Program-made: the position numbers and the translations under genes | In this document: in pieces, positions 19,838 to 32,303 of the stretch | Position numbering within the stretch: position 1 is the first letter of the stretch | How the letters are laid out: each line of letters opens with the position of its first letter | Origin: an uncultured Clostridia bacterium | GTDB taxonomy: Bacteria; Bacillota; Clostridia; TANB77; CAG-508 | Direction: 5' to 3' | DNA length: 64,000 nt | NCBI GenBank assembly: GCA_944386165.1 | Contig: CALXAA010000002.1 | Span: 32,695-96,694 of the forward strand | Notes under the pieces: generated by a model | What the model saw: only the letters and a program-made list of their open reading frames with translations | What the model was told of the DNA's origin: nothing | Databases searched by the model: none

Positions 19838-20005
19838 ATTTCTTTCCTCATTTCTTATTATATTTGATTTATTTTGTGTGATTCTTTATACCTGTTACTT
19901 AACTTCTGTAAATAAAAACATTGTACTTTTGTAACTAATGTCATAAATATTTTAACATTTATTTTTATAAATTTCCACTATAATTTTAAAAAAAGTCCAA
20001 AAAAA

Positions 20006-20062
20006 GAACCGGTACTAAATTGCCCAAAAGGGAAAAAAGAGAACCGGCACCAAATTACCCAA
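20006..20062. repeat. Two tandem copies of a 22-nt unit GAACCGGYACYAAATTRCCCAA separated by 13 nt
   Basis: gaaccggtactaaattgcccaa ... gaaccggcaccaaattacccaa; a related copy in inverted orientation lies at 61021..61051. Confidence 0.7.
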
Positions 20063-21224
20063 TATAGTTTTTTAGCTCTATTAGTGATTTTGCTGCTAAT
20101 CTATAATCTTTTACAAAGTTTAGTAAGTAGTTTGATAGTTTTGATGATGGTCTGTCCATATATAAGTCTTTTACTATACATATTCCTAGTCCTTTGTCAA
20201 AGAGTATTTTGAATTGCTTTCCTATTTTTAACATATAGTTATTGTTTTTAATTCTGTTATATCTTTTCTCTGCTTCTCTATGTCTTTTATATAATTCATT
20301 TATAAATTCTTCAAATGAGTATTCTCTGTATTTATACATATGATATATTTGTGCTGCATATTCAAGTCCATATATTGTTTCTAGATTGAATATTTCTAAC
20401 ATTTTTTGGAATTCTTCGTTTTTGAAGTAGTAAATGTGTCCTTGCATTTTATTAAATGATTTCATTGTGTCTAAATATCCAAGTTTTATGTTTTTTACTA
20501 TTCTGTCATGGTTAAATTCAAATGTGCCACCTAAGTCTTCAGATGGTCTTATTATTTTTAAATATATTCCTTTACTTGTAGTTAATTTTCTGCTAAATCC
20601 TACACCTGCAATATCAACTAAAATTATGTTTTTGTAACCTTTTTCTATTAACATGTTTGTTGGGGCACTATCATATAAGCCACCATCATAATATTCTTCA
20701 TTATTAATAACTTGTGGCTTAAAAATTGGGAAACATGAACTTGCAAGTAAATAATTTACCATTTCTTCTTTTGGAATTTCATTTTTAAATTTTTGCAATG
20801 GTTGTTTATTTTTAACGGAATATGTTACTAATCCAAAGTCAATTTCAGAATTATAAAGTTTGTCCATATCTATATATTTTTCAATCATTTTTCTTAAAGG
20901 TGTATTATCTATTCCGTTTTGTTTTCTATAATTTGATGCTAAATTAAATATATTTGATAAGTCAAATATATTTTTGTTTCCATTTACTCCACTAACTTTC
21001 ATAATATTATTTATTTTAATTGTTTCATACATTTTTGATACTTGAGAATAATCATTTTGTAAAAAGAGAGCTCCATTTAATGCACCTATTGAAGCTCCCA
21101 CTATTCCTTTTATTTTTATATTTAATTCTTGAAGTGCTTTCCATACACCTACTTGATATGCTCCTCTAGTTCCACCACCTGCTAGAACTAATCCATATTC
21201 TTTTTCATCAATCATTTTATCCAA
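20055..21224 (-). CDS. Patatin-like phospholipase
   Basis: [11 protein letters not shown] oxyanion motif and GASIGA (GxSxG) nucleophile elbow. Confidence 0.8.
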   Translation of the reverse strand: MDKMIDEKEYGLVLAGGGTRGAYQVGVWKALQELNIKIKGIVGASIGALNGALFLQNDYSQVSKMYETIKINNIMKVSGVNGNKNIFDLSNIFNLASNYRKQNGIDNTPLRKMIEKYIDMDKLYNSEIDFGLVTYSVKNKQPLQKFKNEIPKEEMVNYLLASSCFPIFKPQVINNEEYYDGGLYDSAPTNMLIEKGYKNIILVDIAGVGFSRKLTTSKGIYLKIIRPSEDLGGTFEFNHDRIVKNIKLGYLDTMKSFNKMQGHIYYFKNEEFQKMLEIFNLETIYGLEYAAQIYHMYKYREYSFEEFINELYKRHREAEKRYNRIKNNNYMLKIGKQFKILFDKGLGICIVKDLYMDRPSSKLSNYLLNFVKDYRLAAKSLIELKNYIG

Positions 21225-22401
21225 ATATTCCTTTTTTCTTTATTGGTGGCTGTTCATTCATTGTAACAGCTAATTTTTCTAGTAAGTCTCTTTGCTCTCT
21301 GCTTAATCTTTTTGGAGTCTGAACTATAACTGTAAATACAAAATTTCCTCTAGTAGAAGAATTTATTGATTTAAATCCTCTATCTCTAATTGTAAATTTT
21401 GTACCTGTTTGTGTACCTTCTGGTATATCAACTTCTTCTATACTTCCATCAACCATTGGTATTTTTAGCTTTGCTCCAAGAGTTGCTTGTGTAATTGTTA
21501 TTGGAACTTCGCACATTACAGTATTTCCGTCTCTTGTATATATATTGTTTTTCTTTATTCTAACTGTTATGTACAAGTCTCCTTTTGCTCCACCTTTTTC
21601 ACCAGGTTCGCCTTCTCCTCTTAATACTACTGTTTGATTGTCATCTATACCTGCAGGAATTTTTACTTTTATTCTTGCTTGTTTTCTTACTGTTCCTTTT
21701 CCCTTACAGTTATCACATACTTCTTTTATTACTTCTCCAGTTCCATGGCAATTTGTACATGTTCTTGTTGTTTGCATTTGTCCTAAAATAGTATTTGTAA
21801 CTTGTCTTACTGTTCCTGTACCATTACATACAGAACATTTTGTTACAGATGTTCCTGGCTTTGCTCCTGTTCCATGGCAAATAGAACAAGTTTCTGGTCT
21901 AGTTATTAATATTTCTTTTTCTACTCCTAAAAATGCCTCTTCAAATGTAATGTCCATATTTAAGTTTAAATCTGCACCTTTACGAGGACCTCTAGCTTGT
22001 TTTCTTGAACCAGTTCTTGAGCTTCCTCCAAAAAATGAAGAAAATATATCTCCTAAATCTCCAAAATCTGAGAATCCATCAAATCCTGAAGATGTATATG
22101 AATAATATCCTCCATTTCCAAAGCCTCCACCAAATGGTCCTGCTCCAGAGCCTCCAAATCCACCAAATCCTTGTGGTCCATCAGCTCCAAATTGGTCATA
22201 CATCTTTCTTTTTTGTGGATCTGATAATGTTTCATATGCTTCATTTACTTCTTTAAATTTAGCTTCAGCTTCTTCTTTATTATCTGGATTAGCATCTGGG
22301 TGATATTTTTTTGCAAGTCTTCTATATGCTTTTTTTATTTCTTCGTCAGTAGCTGTTTTTGAAACACCTAGCACTTCATAATAATCCCTTTTGCTTGCCA
22401 T
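21217..22401 (-). CDS. dnaJ: Chaperone DnaJ
   Basis: J-domain with HPD (KKYHPDANP), G/F-rich linker, four CxxCxGxG zinc-finger repeats. Confidence 0.95.
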   Translation of the reverse strand: MASKRDYYEVLGVSKTATDEEIKKAYRRLAKKYHPDANPDNKEEAEAKFKEVNEAYETLSDPQKRKMYDQFGADGPQGFGGFGGSGAGPFGGGFGNGGYYSYTSSGFDGFSDFGDLGDIFSSFFGGSSRTGSRKQARGPRKGADLNLNMDITFEEAFLGVEKEILITRPETCSICHGTGAKPGTSVTKCSVCNGTGTVRQVTNTILGQMQTTRTCTNCHGTGEVIKEVCDNCKGKGTVRKQARIKVKIPAGIDDNQTVVLRGEGEPGEKGGAKGDLYITVRIKKNNIYTRDGNTVMCEVPITITQATLGAKLKIPMVDGSIEEVDIPEGTQTGTKFTIRDRGFKSINSSTRGNFVFTVIVQTPKRLSREQRDLLEKLAVTMNEQPPIKKKGIFG

Positions 22402-22421
22402 ATATTTTTTACTCCTTTTTT

Positions 22422-22442
22422 TTCATAAATTGGGCGAGTATT
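22422..22442 (-). other. Stem-loop GGGCGAGT-ATTAA-ACTCGCCC between dnaK and dnaJ (not a canonical terminator on the minus strand; no U-tract follows)
   Basis: Read directly; GC-rich 8-bp stem. Confidence 0.4.
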
Positions 22443-22475
22443 AAACTCGCCCGTTGTAATTTCTTTTTGCTATAT

Positions 22476-24383
<1,908 letters not shown>

Positions 24384-24418
24384 TTAGCTATTAAAAATTA
24401 TAAACTTGTTTAAATTTT

Positions 24419-24952
24419 TTAATTTGCTACAACTACCATTGAGTGTCTAATAACTTTTGAGCCTATTTTGTAGCCTTTTCTGTATTCTTGCACAATTTCT
24501 TGTACACCTTTTTCTGGATCTTGTATACTGCTTACTGCTTCGTGTTGGCTTGGATCAAATGTTTGACCAATGCTTTCTATTTCTTCAACACCTTTTGCTT
24601 TTAATATGTCTTTAAATTGCTTTAATACAAGTTCTATTCCTTTTTTGTATTCTGTATCTTGTGTTTCTGCTTTAACTGCATTTTCTAAGTTGTCTACTAT
24701 TGGCAGAAATACTCCTACAATGTCTCCTAATATTGAGTTGTATAGTGTTTCTCTTTCTTTGCTGCTTCTTTTTTTGTAATTTTCAAATTCTGCTAAAACT
24801 CTTTTATATCTGTCATTTAAGTCGTCATATTCTTTTTGCTTTGGATCTATTATACAACTTTCTTCTTCTACTTTTTGATTGTTTGTTTGATTATTGTTTT
24901 CTGTTTGTGTTGTTTCTTCTTCGGCATTAGTTGATTTTTCTTCTTCTTTCAT
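24419..24952 (-). CDS. grpE: Nucleotide exchange factor GrpE
   Basis: 177 aa, acidic N-terminus, YKRVLAEFENYKKR coiled-coil, C-terminal GYKIGSKVIRHSMVVV. Confidence 0.9.
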   Translation of the reverse strand: MKEEEKSTNAEEETTQTENNNQTNNQKVEEESCIIDPKQKEYDDLNDRYKRVLAEFENYKKRSSKERETLYNSILGDIVGVFLPIVDNLENAVKAETQDTEYKKGIELVLKQFKDILKAKGVEEIESIGQTFDPSQHEAVSSIQDPEKGVQEIVQEYRKGYKIGSKVIRHSMVVVAN

Positions 24953-24973
24953 TTCTTCGACCTTCTTTCTTTT

Positions 24974-26011
24974 TTATTTTTCTTCTTTTGAATCGTCTGA
25001 ATTGTCGCCTAAGTTATCATTTAGTTTTTTGCTAATATATTTCATAACTGATATTACTTTTGAGTAGTCCATTCTTTTTGGTCCTATTATTCCAATTGTT
25101 CCCAAATCTTTATTTCCTATTCTGTGTTTAAATGTTACTACACTGAAGTCTTTTAGTTCTTCTTTTTCGTTTTCTTCTCCAATATATATATTTATATCTT
25201 TTGCATATCCGTTATTTAACATATCTGCCATTAGTTCTTTTTCGTCTAATATGTTTACAAAGTTTTTGGCTACTTCTAGGCTATTGAATTCTGGTAGTTC
25301 AAATAGTTGTTTTGTTCCTTCTAAATGGACTTTTTCTTCTTCTACAACTTTTTTCATTTGAACTATTATTGGTTTTATTAGGTTTACACTATATTTCATT
25401 TCGTCTACTAGGTATTTTTCAAGTGGTTTATCTATTTTGGTTATTGGTTCACCTTTTAACTTATTATTAAACATATAGTTTAAGGTATTAACTTGATTTT
25501 CTGTTATGTCTTCATCAAATTTTATTATTGTTTCTTTTACAAGTCCATTATCTGTTAAAATTACTGCCATCATCATTCTTGGACTTAATAGTACAAATTT
25601 TATATTTTCAATTAATTGTACATCTGTGTTTGGTCCAATTGATACTGTTGTATAATGTGTTATTTCTGATATCGTACTAGATGCTATTTGTGTTAGATCC
25701 TCTAATTCATTTACTTTTGTTTCTAGTTTATCACTAATATATTCTATTTCATCAACAGTGATTTTATCATCTTCTAATAATTCATCTACATAAAATCTAT
25801 ATCCTTTTTCTGATGGTACTCTTCCTGAGGATATATGTGTTTTTTCTATATATCCCATTTTTTCTAGTTCTGCCATTTCGTTTCTTATTGTGGCACTACT
25901 ACATTCTAGTCCTTCTAAGTTCATTATTGCATTGGAACTTACTGGCTCTGCAGTTTTTATATATTCTTCTACTATGGCTTGTAATACTCTTTTTTTTCTT
26001 TCATCTAGCAA
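24974..26011 (-). CDS. hrcA: Heat-inducible transcription repressor HrcA
   Basis: N-terminal winged helix LDERKKRVLQAIVEEYIKTAEPVSS; operon order hrcA-grpE-dnaK-dnaJ. Confidence 0.9.
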   Translation of the reverse strand: MLDERKKRVLQAIVEEYIKTAEPVSSNAIMNLEGLECSSATIRNEMAELEKMGYIEKTHISSGRVPSEKGYRFYVDELLEDDKITVDEIEYISDKLETKVNELEDLTQIASSTISEITHYTTVSIGPNTDVQLIENIKFVLLSPRMMMAVILTDNGLVKETIIKFDEDITENQVNTLNYMFNNKLKGEPITKIDKPLEKYLVDEMKYSVNLIKPIIVQMKKVVEEEKVHLEGTKQLFELPEFNSLEVAKNFVNILDEKELMADMLNNGYAKDINIYIGEENEKEELKDFSVVTFKHRIGNKDLGTIGIIGPKRMDYSKVISVMKYISKKLNDNLGDNSDDSKEEK

Positions 26012-26044
26012 TTTCGCTCCTCCTCTTTTCTTTTTTGGAAATTG

Positions 26045-26125
26045 CAGTTTATATTTAGCACTCTTTTTTGTCGTCTGCTAATTTACGTATATTATAATAT
26101 AACATTTTTTAGCACTTGTCAAGTA
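26045..26125 (-). promoter_or_regulatory. hrcA promoter region: sigmaA-type -35 TTGACA (26107..26112) / 17 nt / -10 TATTAT (26084..26089) with two CIRCE-like inverted repeats (26045..26071 and 26099..26125)
   Basis: On the minus strand TTAGCAGAC-N9-GAGTGCTAA and TTAGCAAAA-N9-AAGTGCTAA (consensus TTAGCACTC-N9-GAGTGCTAA); the second overlaps -35. Confidence 0.6.
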
Positions 26126-26131
26126 CTTTTG

Positions 26132-27016
26132 CTAAGATTTTTTTAAAATTTTTACAACAAAAAATCCTTCATAATATTTTGTTGGACAAACACATAATGC
26201 TCCATCAATACTTGTAGGCAATACAGGTATATTTTGTGGTACATTTATTGGAATAATTTGTGCTTTAAATTTCTTTAAAACTTTTTTTACTATCTCTTCA
26301 TTTTCTTCTTTTAATATTGAACATGTTGAATAAACCATCTCTCCTGCTGGTTTTAAGATAGTTAATGCTTTTGTTAATAATTCTTCTTGTACTTTAGAAG
26401 ATTTTTGAATTAAATATTCAGAAAAATTTGGAGTAAAAACATTTTCTGTTCCACTTCCACTACATGGTGCATCAAGCAAAATTTTATCAAATGAAAAATA
26501 ATCACTTAATTTTCTTGAATCTTCTTGCATAATGTTTATATTTTTTACACCTTGTTTTTCAACATTATATCTTAGTCTATCACATCTTATTTTGTTTTTT
26601 TCACAAGCTGTTATAAATACTTTATTTTCTGCTATTGCTGAAATTTGTGTGGTTTTTCCTCCAGGGGCTGCTGTCATATCTAATATATTTTCTTTTTCTT
26701 TGGGTTCAAGTACTACTGCTGGAATCATTGAAGATAAACTTTGTAAATAAATTTCTCCATTTTCATAAATACCTAATTTTCTAATTTCATCTTCTCTGAC
26801 ATTTTTTATAATTAGTGCATCTTTATTCCATTCAAGAAATTCATATTCAATATTGTTTTTTTCTAATTCATTTTTTACTTTTTCTAGGCTACTTTTGATT
26901 GTATTTACTCTTAGTGTTACTGGCTTTTCTTCTAAAAGTCCTTCTTCTATTTTTTTTGCTGTTTCTTTTCCGTATTGTTTTTCAATTTTTTCTATAAAAA
27001 AAAGTGGTATTTCCAT
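26132..27016 (-). CDS. RsmB/RsmF-family (NOL1/NOP2/Sun) RNA cytosine-C5 methyltransferase
   Basis: SAM motif DMTAAPGGKT and catalytic DAPCSGSGT ... STCS. Confidence 0.8.
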   Translation of the reverse strand: MEIPLFFIEKIEKQYGKETAKKIEEGLLEEKPVTLRVNTIKSSLEKVKNELEKNNIEYEFLEWNKDALIIKNVREDEIRKLGIYENGEIYLQSLSSMIPAVVLEPKEKENILDMTAAPGGKTTQISAIAENKVFITACEKNKIRCDRLRYNVEKQGVKNINIMQEDSRKLSDYFSFDKILLDAPCSGSGTENVFTPNFSEYLIQKSSKVQEELLTKALTILKPAGEMVYSTCSILKEENEEIVKKVLKKFKAQIIPINVPQNIPVLPTSIDGALCVCPTKYYEGFFVVKILKKS

Positions 27017-27082
27017 TATTGTTTTTACTCCTTAAATAATATTACTTATTTTATCTTGACTTTTTCAATTAATATAATAAAT

Positions 27083-27150
27083 ATAGGAAATTGAGAAACC
27101 ACATCTGCTTATTCTCATTTCCTATGTTTCCTATTCTACAATATTCTTTT
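27083..27150. repeat. Intergenic hairpin element, copy B (same family as 19026..19095)
   Basis: ataggaaattgagaaaccacatctgcttattctcatttcctat followed by gtttcctattctacaatattc. Confidence 0.7.
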
Positions 27151-27186
27151 GGATTTGTCTACAAGTTTTATTAAAATTGCAAAATA

Positions 27187-27234
27187 AATGAATGAACTTT
27201 GGACTTTTTCAGAATTTTCCTAAAATTCATTCAT
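27187..27234 (-). terminator. Long-loop hairpin AATGAATGAA ...(29 nt)... TTCATTCAT downstream of sigK; copy 1 of a repeated element
   Basis: 10-bp stem read directly; followed on the minus strand by UUAUUUU. Confidence 0.5.
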
Positions 27235-27253
27235 CGTTTATTTTTTATAAATA

Positions 27254-27967
27254 CTATTCTTTTATTTCCTTAGCTAATTTATTAATTGCTTTAGTTTCTA
27301 TTCGAGATACATATGAACGCGAAATTCCTAAGTCTTTGGCAATTTCTATTTGAGTTTTTGGTTTATTTCCATCAAGTCCAAAACGGAGTTCTAATATTGT
27401 ACGTTCTCTATCTTTTAAAATTGATTTCATTTTTTCATATAAAAGTTTTACTTTCATTTTTAAGTCTACGGCTTCTTCAACACTTCTTTCATCATTTTCT
27501 AGAACTTCTTGAAGAGTTATACAATTATCATCTTTATCTTTACCAATTGGTTCATCTAAAAAAACTTCAGCTTTTAGTTTTTTTGTAGCTCTAAAATGCA
27601 TTAAAATTTCATTGTCTATACAACGAGATACATATGTAGAGAGCCTAGCTCCTTTTTCAGGCTTAAAATTATTTATCCCTTTAATAAGTCCTATTGTTCC
27701 AATTGAAATTAAGTCATCTTGTTCAACATTTGAATTACTATATTTTTTGCAAACATGTGCAACAAGTCTTAAGTTATGTTCAATTAATATATTTCGTGCA
27801 TCTTCATCTCCTGTGCATAATCTTTCAAGATATAATTTTTCTTCTTCTGTACTTAATGGCTCTGGAAAAAGATTTGTACCAGATATGTAACCAACAACAA
27901 ATACTGCTGTCTGTAAAAATTGAAAAAATCCATTCAAACAAAGTGAGGAAAACATAAAGACCTCCAA
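27254..27967 (-). CDS. sigK: Sporulation sigma factor sigma-K (pro-sigmaK), uninterrupted
   Basis: Pro-sequence ..VVGYISGTNLFPEPLSTEEEKLYLERL, then ILIEHNLRLVAHV, DLISIGTIGLIKGI, region 4.2 IAKDLGISRSYVSRIETKAINKL; closer to SigK than to SigE. Confidence 0.85.
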   Translation of the reverse strand: MEVFMFSSLCLNGFFQFLQTAVFVVGYISGTNLFPEPLSTEEEKLYLERLCTGDEDARNILIEHNLRLVAHVCKKYSNSNVEQDDLISIGTIGLIKGINNFKPEKGARLSTYVSRCIDNEILMHFRATKKLKAEVFLDEPIGKDKDDNCITLQEVLENDERSVEEAVDLKMKVKLLYEKMKSILKDRERTILELRFGLDGNKPKTQIEIAKDLGISRSYVSRIETKAINKLAKEIKE

Positions 27968-28354
27968 TCAAAAGAAGAATATTAAATTTTCTTCTTCACA
28001 TACAAATTATATGTTGTAAAAAAATAAAAGTGCATGACCTAAAATTAAAAATTTTAATCATAATCTTGTACAACCTTGAATATAATAAAAACTTAGAAAA
28101 TTTAATTTTTTATATTGCACATATATCATAATTCCGATATAATTTGTCACGAAACTAAAGAACCTATGAAGAATTTCAAAAAGATATATTTAGGAAAATA
28201 AAAAAAGCTTTAAATGATGTTGATAATGGCAATTATCAAACAATGGAAGAATTAAAATGTACTGCAAAGCTTGGGATATTGACATTGAATGTGAAAACAT
28301 TTGGAGAGAGCCTCTATCTTTTATAAGACATATCAGAATCTCTTAAAATAAAAA

Positions 28355-28406
28355 AAATGAATGAGTTTTAGAATTTTTTCTTAATTTTTCTAAAGCTCAT
28401 TCATTT
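28355..28406. terminator. Long-loop hairpin AAATGAATGAG ...(30 nt)... CTCATTCATTT; copy 2 of the element at 27187..27234; probable bidirectional terminator downstream of sbcC
   Basis: Perfect 11-bp stem; T-rich on both sides. Confidence 0.5.
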
Positions 28407-28411
28407 TTTAT

Positions 28412-31093
28412 TTATAATTCAATATTTATATTACTACCTTCTTGAGATTTTGTAATAATAATTTTCTTATCAATACGTTCTTTTAATTCTGTAACATGAC
28501 TTATTATACCAATCAATTTATTATTATCTGTCAATTGATTTAAAGTATTTATTGCCTGCTCTCTTGACTCATCATCCAAAGAGCCAAAGCCTTCATCAAT
28601 AAACATCGTATCTACCACAATTCCACCTGAATAACTTTGAATTACATCTGAAAGGCCAAGAGCTAAAGAAAGTGCTGCTTTAAATGATTCTCCTCCTGAT
28701 AGTGATTTTACATCTCTTTTTTTGCCACTATAATTATCTATTACTTCCAATTCTAATCCTATCTTGTCTGAAACCTTATCAGAACTTTCCTTTCTAACCA
28801 AAACAAATCTATTATCTGTCATTTTTAACAATCTTTTATTTGCTTCAGCAATAACTAATTCAAAATATGAAGCTTGTACAAATTGTTCAAACTCAATTCT
28901 TCTTTTTCCAGAAATTGTTCCACTGGCTGTTTTAGATAAATCTTCTATCATTATAAATTCTTTGATTTTTGATTTTAATTTTGATGAGTTTTGCACTAAT
29001 TCTTTTAAAATTCTTTCATTATTACCAAATATTTTGTTTTGTTCCATTAAAATCTTTCTTGATTTATCTAATTTCTCTTTGTTTTCATCAAGTGATTTTT
29101 TTGATTCTGTTAAATCTATTTTTGTATAATCTTTTATAACTTTTTCTATTTCTTCTAATTTAGTATTATTAATTGTTACTATTTTTTTATATTCATCAAT
29201 TTCTTTTTTTAATGTTTCTAATTGTTTTTCATTATATACTGTTTTCTTATATTCTTTTTCATTTTCAAAGCCTAAATTTTTAAGTGCTTCTTCATATTGT
29301 TTATTTTCTGCAATCTGCTTATTTTCTAGTTCTACTAAATATTTTTGATTTTCTTCTAATAGTGTTTTGTTCTTTAATAATTGTTCTCTTTTATTAGCAA
29401 TTTTATTTGTAACATCATCTTTAAATTTATCATAATCAAATTCATCAATTTTAATATTTTTCCCAGTTATTTGTTTATAGTAATTATTTATTTCTAAATA
29501 TTTTTCACTAATATCTTTTTCATTTTTATCAAATTTTTCTTTTAATTCTTTTTGATAAGCTTCAATTTCAATATCTTTTTCAAAATCACTTTTTAGTATG
29601 TCAATTTTACTATTAACTTCTGTAACTTTATTTATTGCATCTGTAAGGACATTATGACTTGTTTCTTCTATTTTTCTTAATTCATCTAATTTTTCTTTTG
29701 AAAGTACACTTTCAGTTTTTTGTGCTAGATTTGGATGGTGAATACTTCCACATACAGGACATGGCTGATTTTCTTTTAGATTTTCTGCTAATATTCCTGC
29801 TTGTTCTCTAAAAAATTCTATTTCTTTTTCTGACAAATACTTTTTGATATTTTCCCAATCCGCTTCTAACTTTTTACAATTTTCTTCTAAATGTTTTTTA
29901 TTTTCTATTTGTTTAAAGACTTCATTTACTTTTTTTATATTATTTTCATATTCTACTTTTTGGCTTAAAAGCTCATTATATTTTTGTAGAATAATTTTTA
30001 TCTTATCTAAAATTTCTATTGTATTTTTTGATGCTTTTTCTTCTTCTTCTCCTTTAATTATATTTTGTTCTAAACTTTTTAATAGTTCTTGTTTTTGTAG
30101 AATTTCATTTTTTACTTCTTTTAGCCTTTTTTCTATAGGTAATACTTTATTTATTATATTTTGAATTTTTAGTATTAAATTTTCTTTTTCTTTAATTTCA
30201 TCTTTCTTTTCTTCAAGTTCTCTTTTTTGTACTAAAAGTTCATTTTGTAAATCTATTTGTTTATTTTTATCATCTTGTATTCTTATTTCTTCTTCTAATT
30301 TAGATATTTGCTTTTCTTGTTTTTTTATTTCTTTATCACTACTATTATATGCTTTTTTATTCTTTTGGACTTCTTCTTGTAATTTATTTAGTATTTCATC
30401 TATAATTAGTTCATTTACTTCTTTTATTGGTTCTTTTAAATGTTCATCTTCCCAAATTATATTTGAAGCATTTATTGTAAAAATACTTTTTAATTGCTCA
30501 AGTTCAGATCTTGTAATTTTTGTTTTTTCAACAAGTTTTTTTGATATTTGATTATATATGTCTGTGTCAAAAATTCTTCTAAAAATTTCTGTTCTATCCT
30601 TACTTTCGGCAAATAATATTTTTAAAAATTCTCCTTGTGCAAGCATTGCTATTTGCTTGAATTGTTTTGCATTTATTCCTAATGTTTCTTCTATTTTTGA
30701 ATCTACATTTTTGGTTCCAGATATAATTGTATCTTCAAATTCTAAAGATGCATCTGCTGTTTTCTTGGTTGTTCCTTCTCCTCTTTTTTTTGCTTTTTCA
30801 TATGGAGGATTTCTTCTTATTTTATATATTTTATTTTTGTGATTAAATTCTAGTTCTACAAATGTTTCTGTTTCGTCATTTGCGAAATCACTTCTAAGTG
30901 ATGAAATTTGTCTATTTGATCCACTTACTTCTCCAAATAAAGCATAAGATATTGCATCAAATATTGTAGTTTTTCCTGCTCCTGTATCTCCTGTGATTAA
31001 AAATATTCCACTATTTCCAAGTTTCTTAAAATCTATCTCAATCTCATTTTTATATGGTCCAAATGCACTTATTTTTAAGTTTAATGGTTTCAT
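28412..31093 (-). CDS. sbcC: DNA double-strand-break repair ATPase SbcC (Rad50-like)
   Basis: Walker A GDTGAGKTT at N-terminus, long coiled coil, zinc hook CPVCG, C-terminal signature LSGGESFKAALSLALGLS and Walker B IDEGFGSLD. Confidence 0.85.
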   Translation of the reverse strand: MKPLNLKISAFGPYKNEIEIDFKKLGNSGIFLITGDTGAGKTTIFDAISYALFGEVSGSNRQISSLRSDFANDETETFVELEFNHKNKIYKIRRNPPYEKAKKRGEGTTKKTADASLEFEDTIISGTKNVDSKIEETLGINAKQFKQIAMLAQGEFLKILFAESKDRTEIFRRIFDTDIYNQISKKLVEKTKITRSELEQLKSIFTINASNIIWEDEHLKEPIKEVNELIIDEILNKLQEEVQKNKKAYNSSDKEIKKQEKQISKLEEEIRIQDDKNKQIDLQNELLVQKRELEEKKDEIKEKENLILKIQNIINKVLPIEKRLKEVKNEILQKQELLKSLEQNIIKGEEEEKASKNTIEILDKIKIILQKYNELLSQKVEYENNIKKVNEVFKQIENKKHLEENCKKLEADWENIKKYLSEKEIEFFREQAGILAENLKENQPCPVCGSIHHPNLAQKTESVLSKEKLDELRKIEETSHNVLTDAINKVTEVNSKIDILKSDFEKDIEIEAYQKELKEKFDKNEKDISEKYLEINNYYKQITGKNIKIDEFDYDKFKDDVTNKIANKREQLLKNKTLLEENQKYLVELENKQIAENKQYEEALKNLGFENEKEYKKTVYNEKQLETLKKEIDEYKKIVTINNTKLEEIEKVIKDYTKIDLTESKKSLDENKEKLDKSRKILMEQNKIFGNNERILKELVQNSSKLKSKIKEFIMIEDLSKTASGTISGKRRIEFEQFVQASYFELVIAEANKRLLKMTDNRFVLVRKESSDKVSDKIGLELEVIDNYSGKKRDVKSLSGGESFKAALSLALGLSDVIQSYSGGIVVDTMFIDEGFGSLDDESREQAINTLNQLTDNNKLIGIISHVTELKERIDKKIIITKSQEGSNINIEL

Positions 31094-31112
31094 TTTTTTG
31101 TCCTTTCTTTAA

Positions 31113-32252
31113 TTATTCTTTTATTTCTTTAACAACTTCTTGAATTAAATTTTTTTGTTCAACATTTAGTTCAATATTATTTTGAAATTTATAAAATTCA
31201 TTAAATAATTCTACTTCACTTTTGCTTTTTACTTTTTGTAAGTTTTCTGTTTTAAATTCTATATTTGACAATATTTTAGAATTTTGAACTTCTAATTTTA
31301 ATACATTTGGATATATTCTTCTTAATTGTCCTATTGCATCATATACTGGTTCTTCATTTGTTATAATTGCTCTAATATAATCTTTTGCATTTTCTTCTTC
31401 ATAATTTTCTATTAATTTTTCAATTGGACCTTTAATTTCTCTCATATCTCTTAATGGTTTTAATTCTACTAATTTTATGTCTATATTTCCTTTTTCTTTA
31501 AAATCTATAATTGGCATTGTTTTTTTATGATTTACTTCTGAAAATGAATATTTAAGCATTGTTCCTGCATATCTTGCTGTATCTCTACCTATTCTTTGTG
31601 GTCTATGTACATGTCCTATTGCTACATAATCAAATTTGTTGTAATTAGATATATCTACATTATCTGTTCCTCCTAATGTTAATACTTCTGATTCTGTTCT
31701 TTCTACTTCTTCACCTATAGCTGTTACAAATTGGTGTGTTAAAATAATGTTTCTTTGTGATTCATCAATATCTTCTTTTTCAATTATTTTTTTGATTGTT
31801 TCATCATAACTTAAACTTTCATCATCAAAATATTTTTTTACCTCTATAGGTTTTATAAAAGGTAACATATAAATATTAAGTTTTCCATATTCATCTTGTA
31901 ATTCTACTTTTTTTATTTTTCCTTCATATTTGCTTGAAATAAATAAACCCTCATTTTCAAATATTTTATTTCCAAATCCAAGTCTTTCTTTTGAATCATG
32001 ATTACCTGCAATTATAAATACTTTCTTTTTTAATTCTTTAATAAGTATATTTAAAAATCGGTCTAATAAATCTATTGCATCAGCTTGTGGTATACTCCTA
32101 TCATATACATCTCCAGCAATTAAAATTGCATCTATATTTTCTGCTTTTATTTTTTCTATTATTTTGTTTAACATATATTCTTGATCTTCTAGTAATGATT
32201 GTTCAAAAATTATTTTTCCAATATGTAAATCTGCTAAATGTAATATTTTCAT
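31113..32252 (-). CDS. sbcD: Nuclease SbcD (Mre11-like), start taken at MKILHLADLHIGK
   Basis: Calcineurin-like phosphoesterase motifs (HLADLH, GDVYD, GNHD, GHVH); RBS AAAGGA 8 nt upstream of 32252. Confidence 0.85.
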   Translation of the reverse strand: MKILHLADLHIGKIIFEQSLLEDQEYMLNKIIEKIKAENIDAILIAGDVYDRSIPQADAIDLLDRFLNILIKELKKKVFIIAGNHDSKERLGFGNKIFENEGLFISSKYEGKIKKVELQDEYGKLNIYMLPFIKPIEVKKYFDDESLSYDETIKKIIEKEDIDESQRNIILTHQFVTAIGEEVERTESEVLTLGGTDNVDISNYNKFDYVAIGHVHRPQRIGRDTARYAGTMLKYSFSEVNHKKTMPIIDFKEKGNIDIKLVELKPLRDMREIKGPIEKLIENYEEENAKDYIRAIITNEEPVYDAIGQLRRIYPNVLKLEVQNSKILSNIEFKTENLQKVKSKSEVELFNEFYKFQNNIELNVEQKNLIQEVVKEIKE

Positions 32253-32303
32253 ATAATAATCCTTTCTAAAAAAATTTGGCTGAAAAATATAATTTTCAAC
32301 CAA

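Noticed and set aside
22422-22442. dnaK-dnaJ intergenic stem-loop as an intrinsic terminator
   Set aside because: On the transcribed (minus) strand the hairpin is followed by an A-run not a U-run. More likely a processing/stability element allowing read-through into dnaJ
27254-27967. Possibility of a skin-like intervening element in sigK
   Set aside because: sigK reads as one continuous 237-aa pro-sigmaK ORF; the flanking repeats lie outside the coding region
28160-28330. Short plus-strand frame (..EEFQKDIFRKIKKALNDVDNGNYQTMEELKCTAKLGILTL..) upstream of sigK resembling an antitoxin/RHH-like fragment
   Set aside because: No convincing start codon/RBS in that frame and it is very short. Noted only as a possible degraded gene
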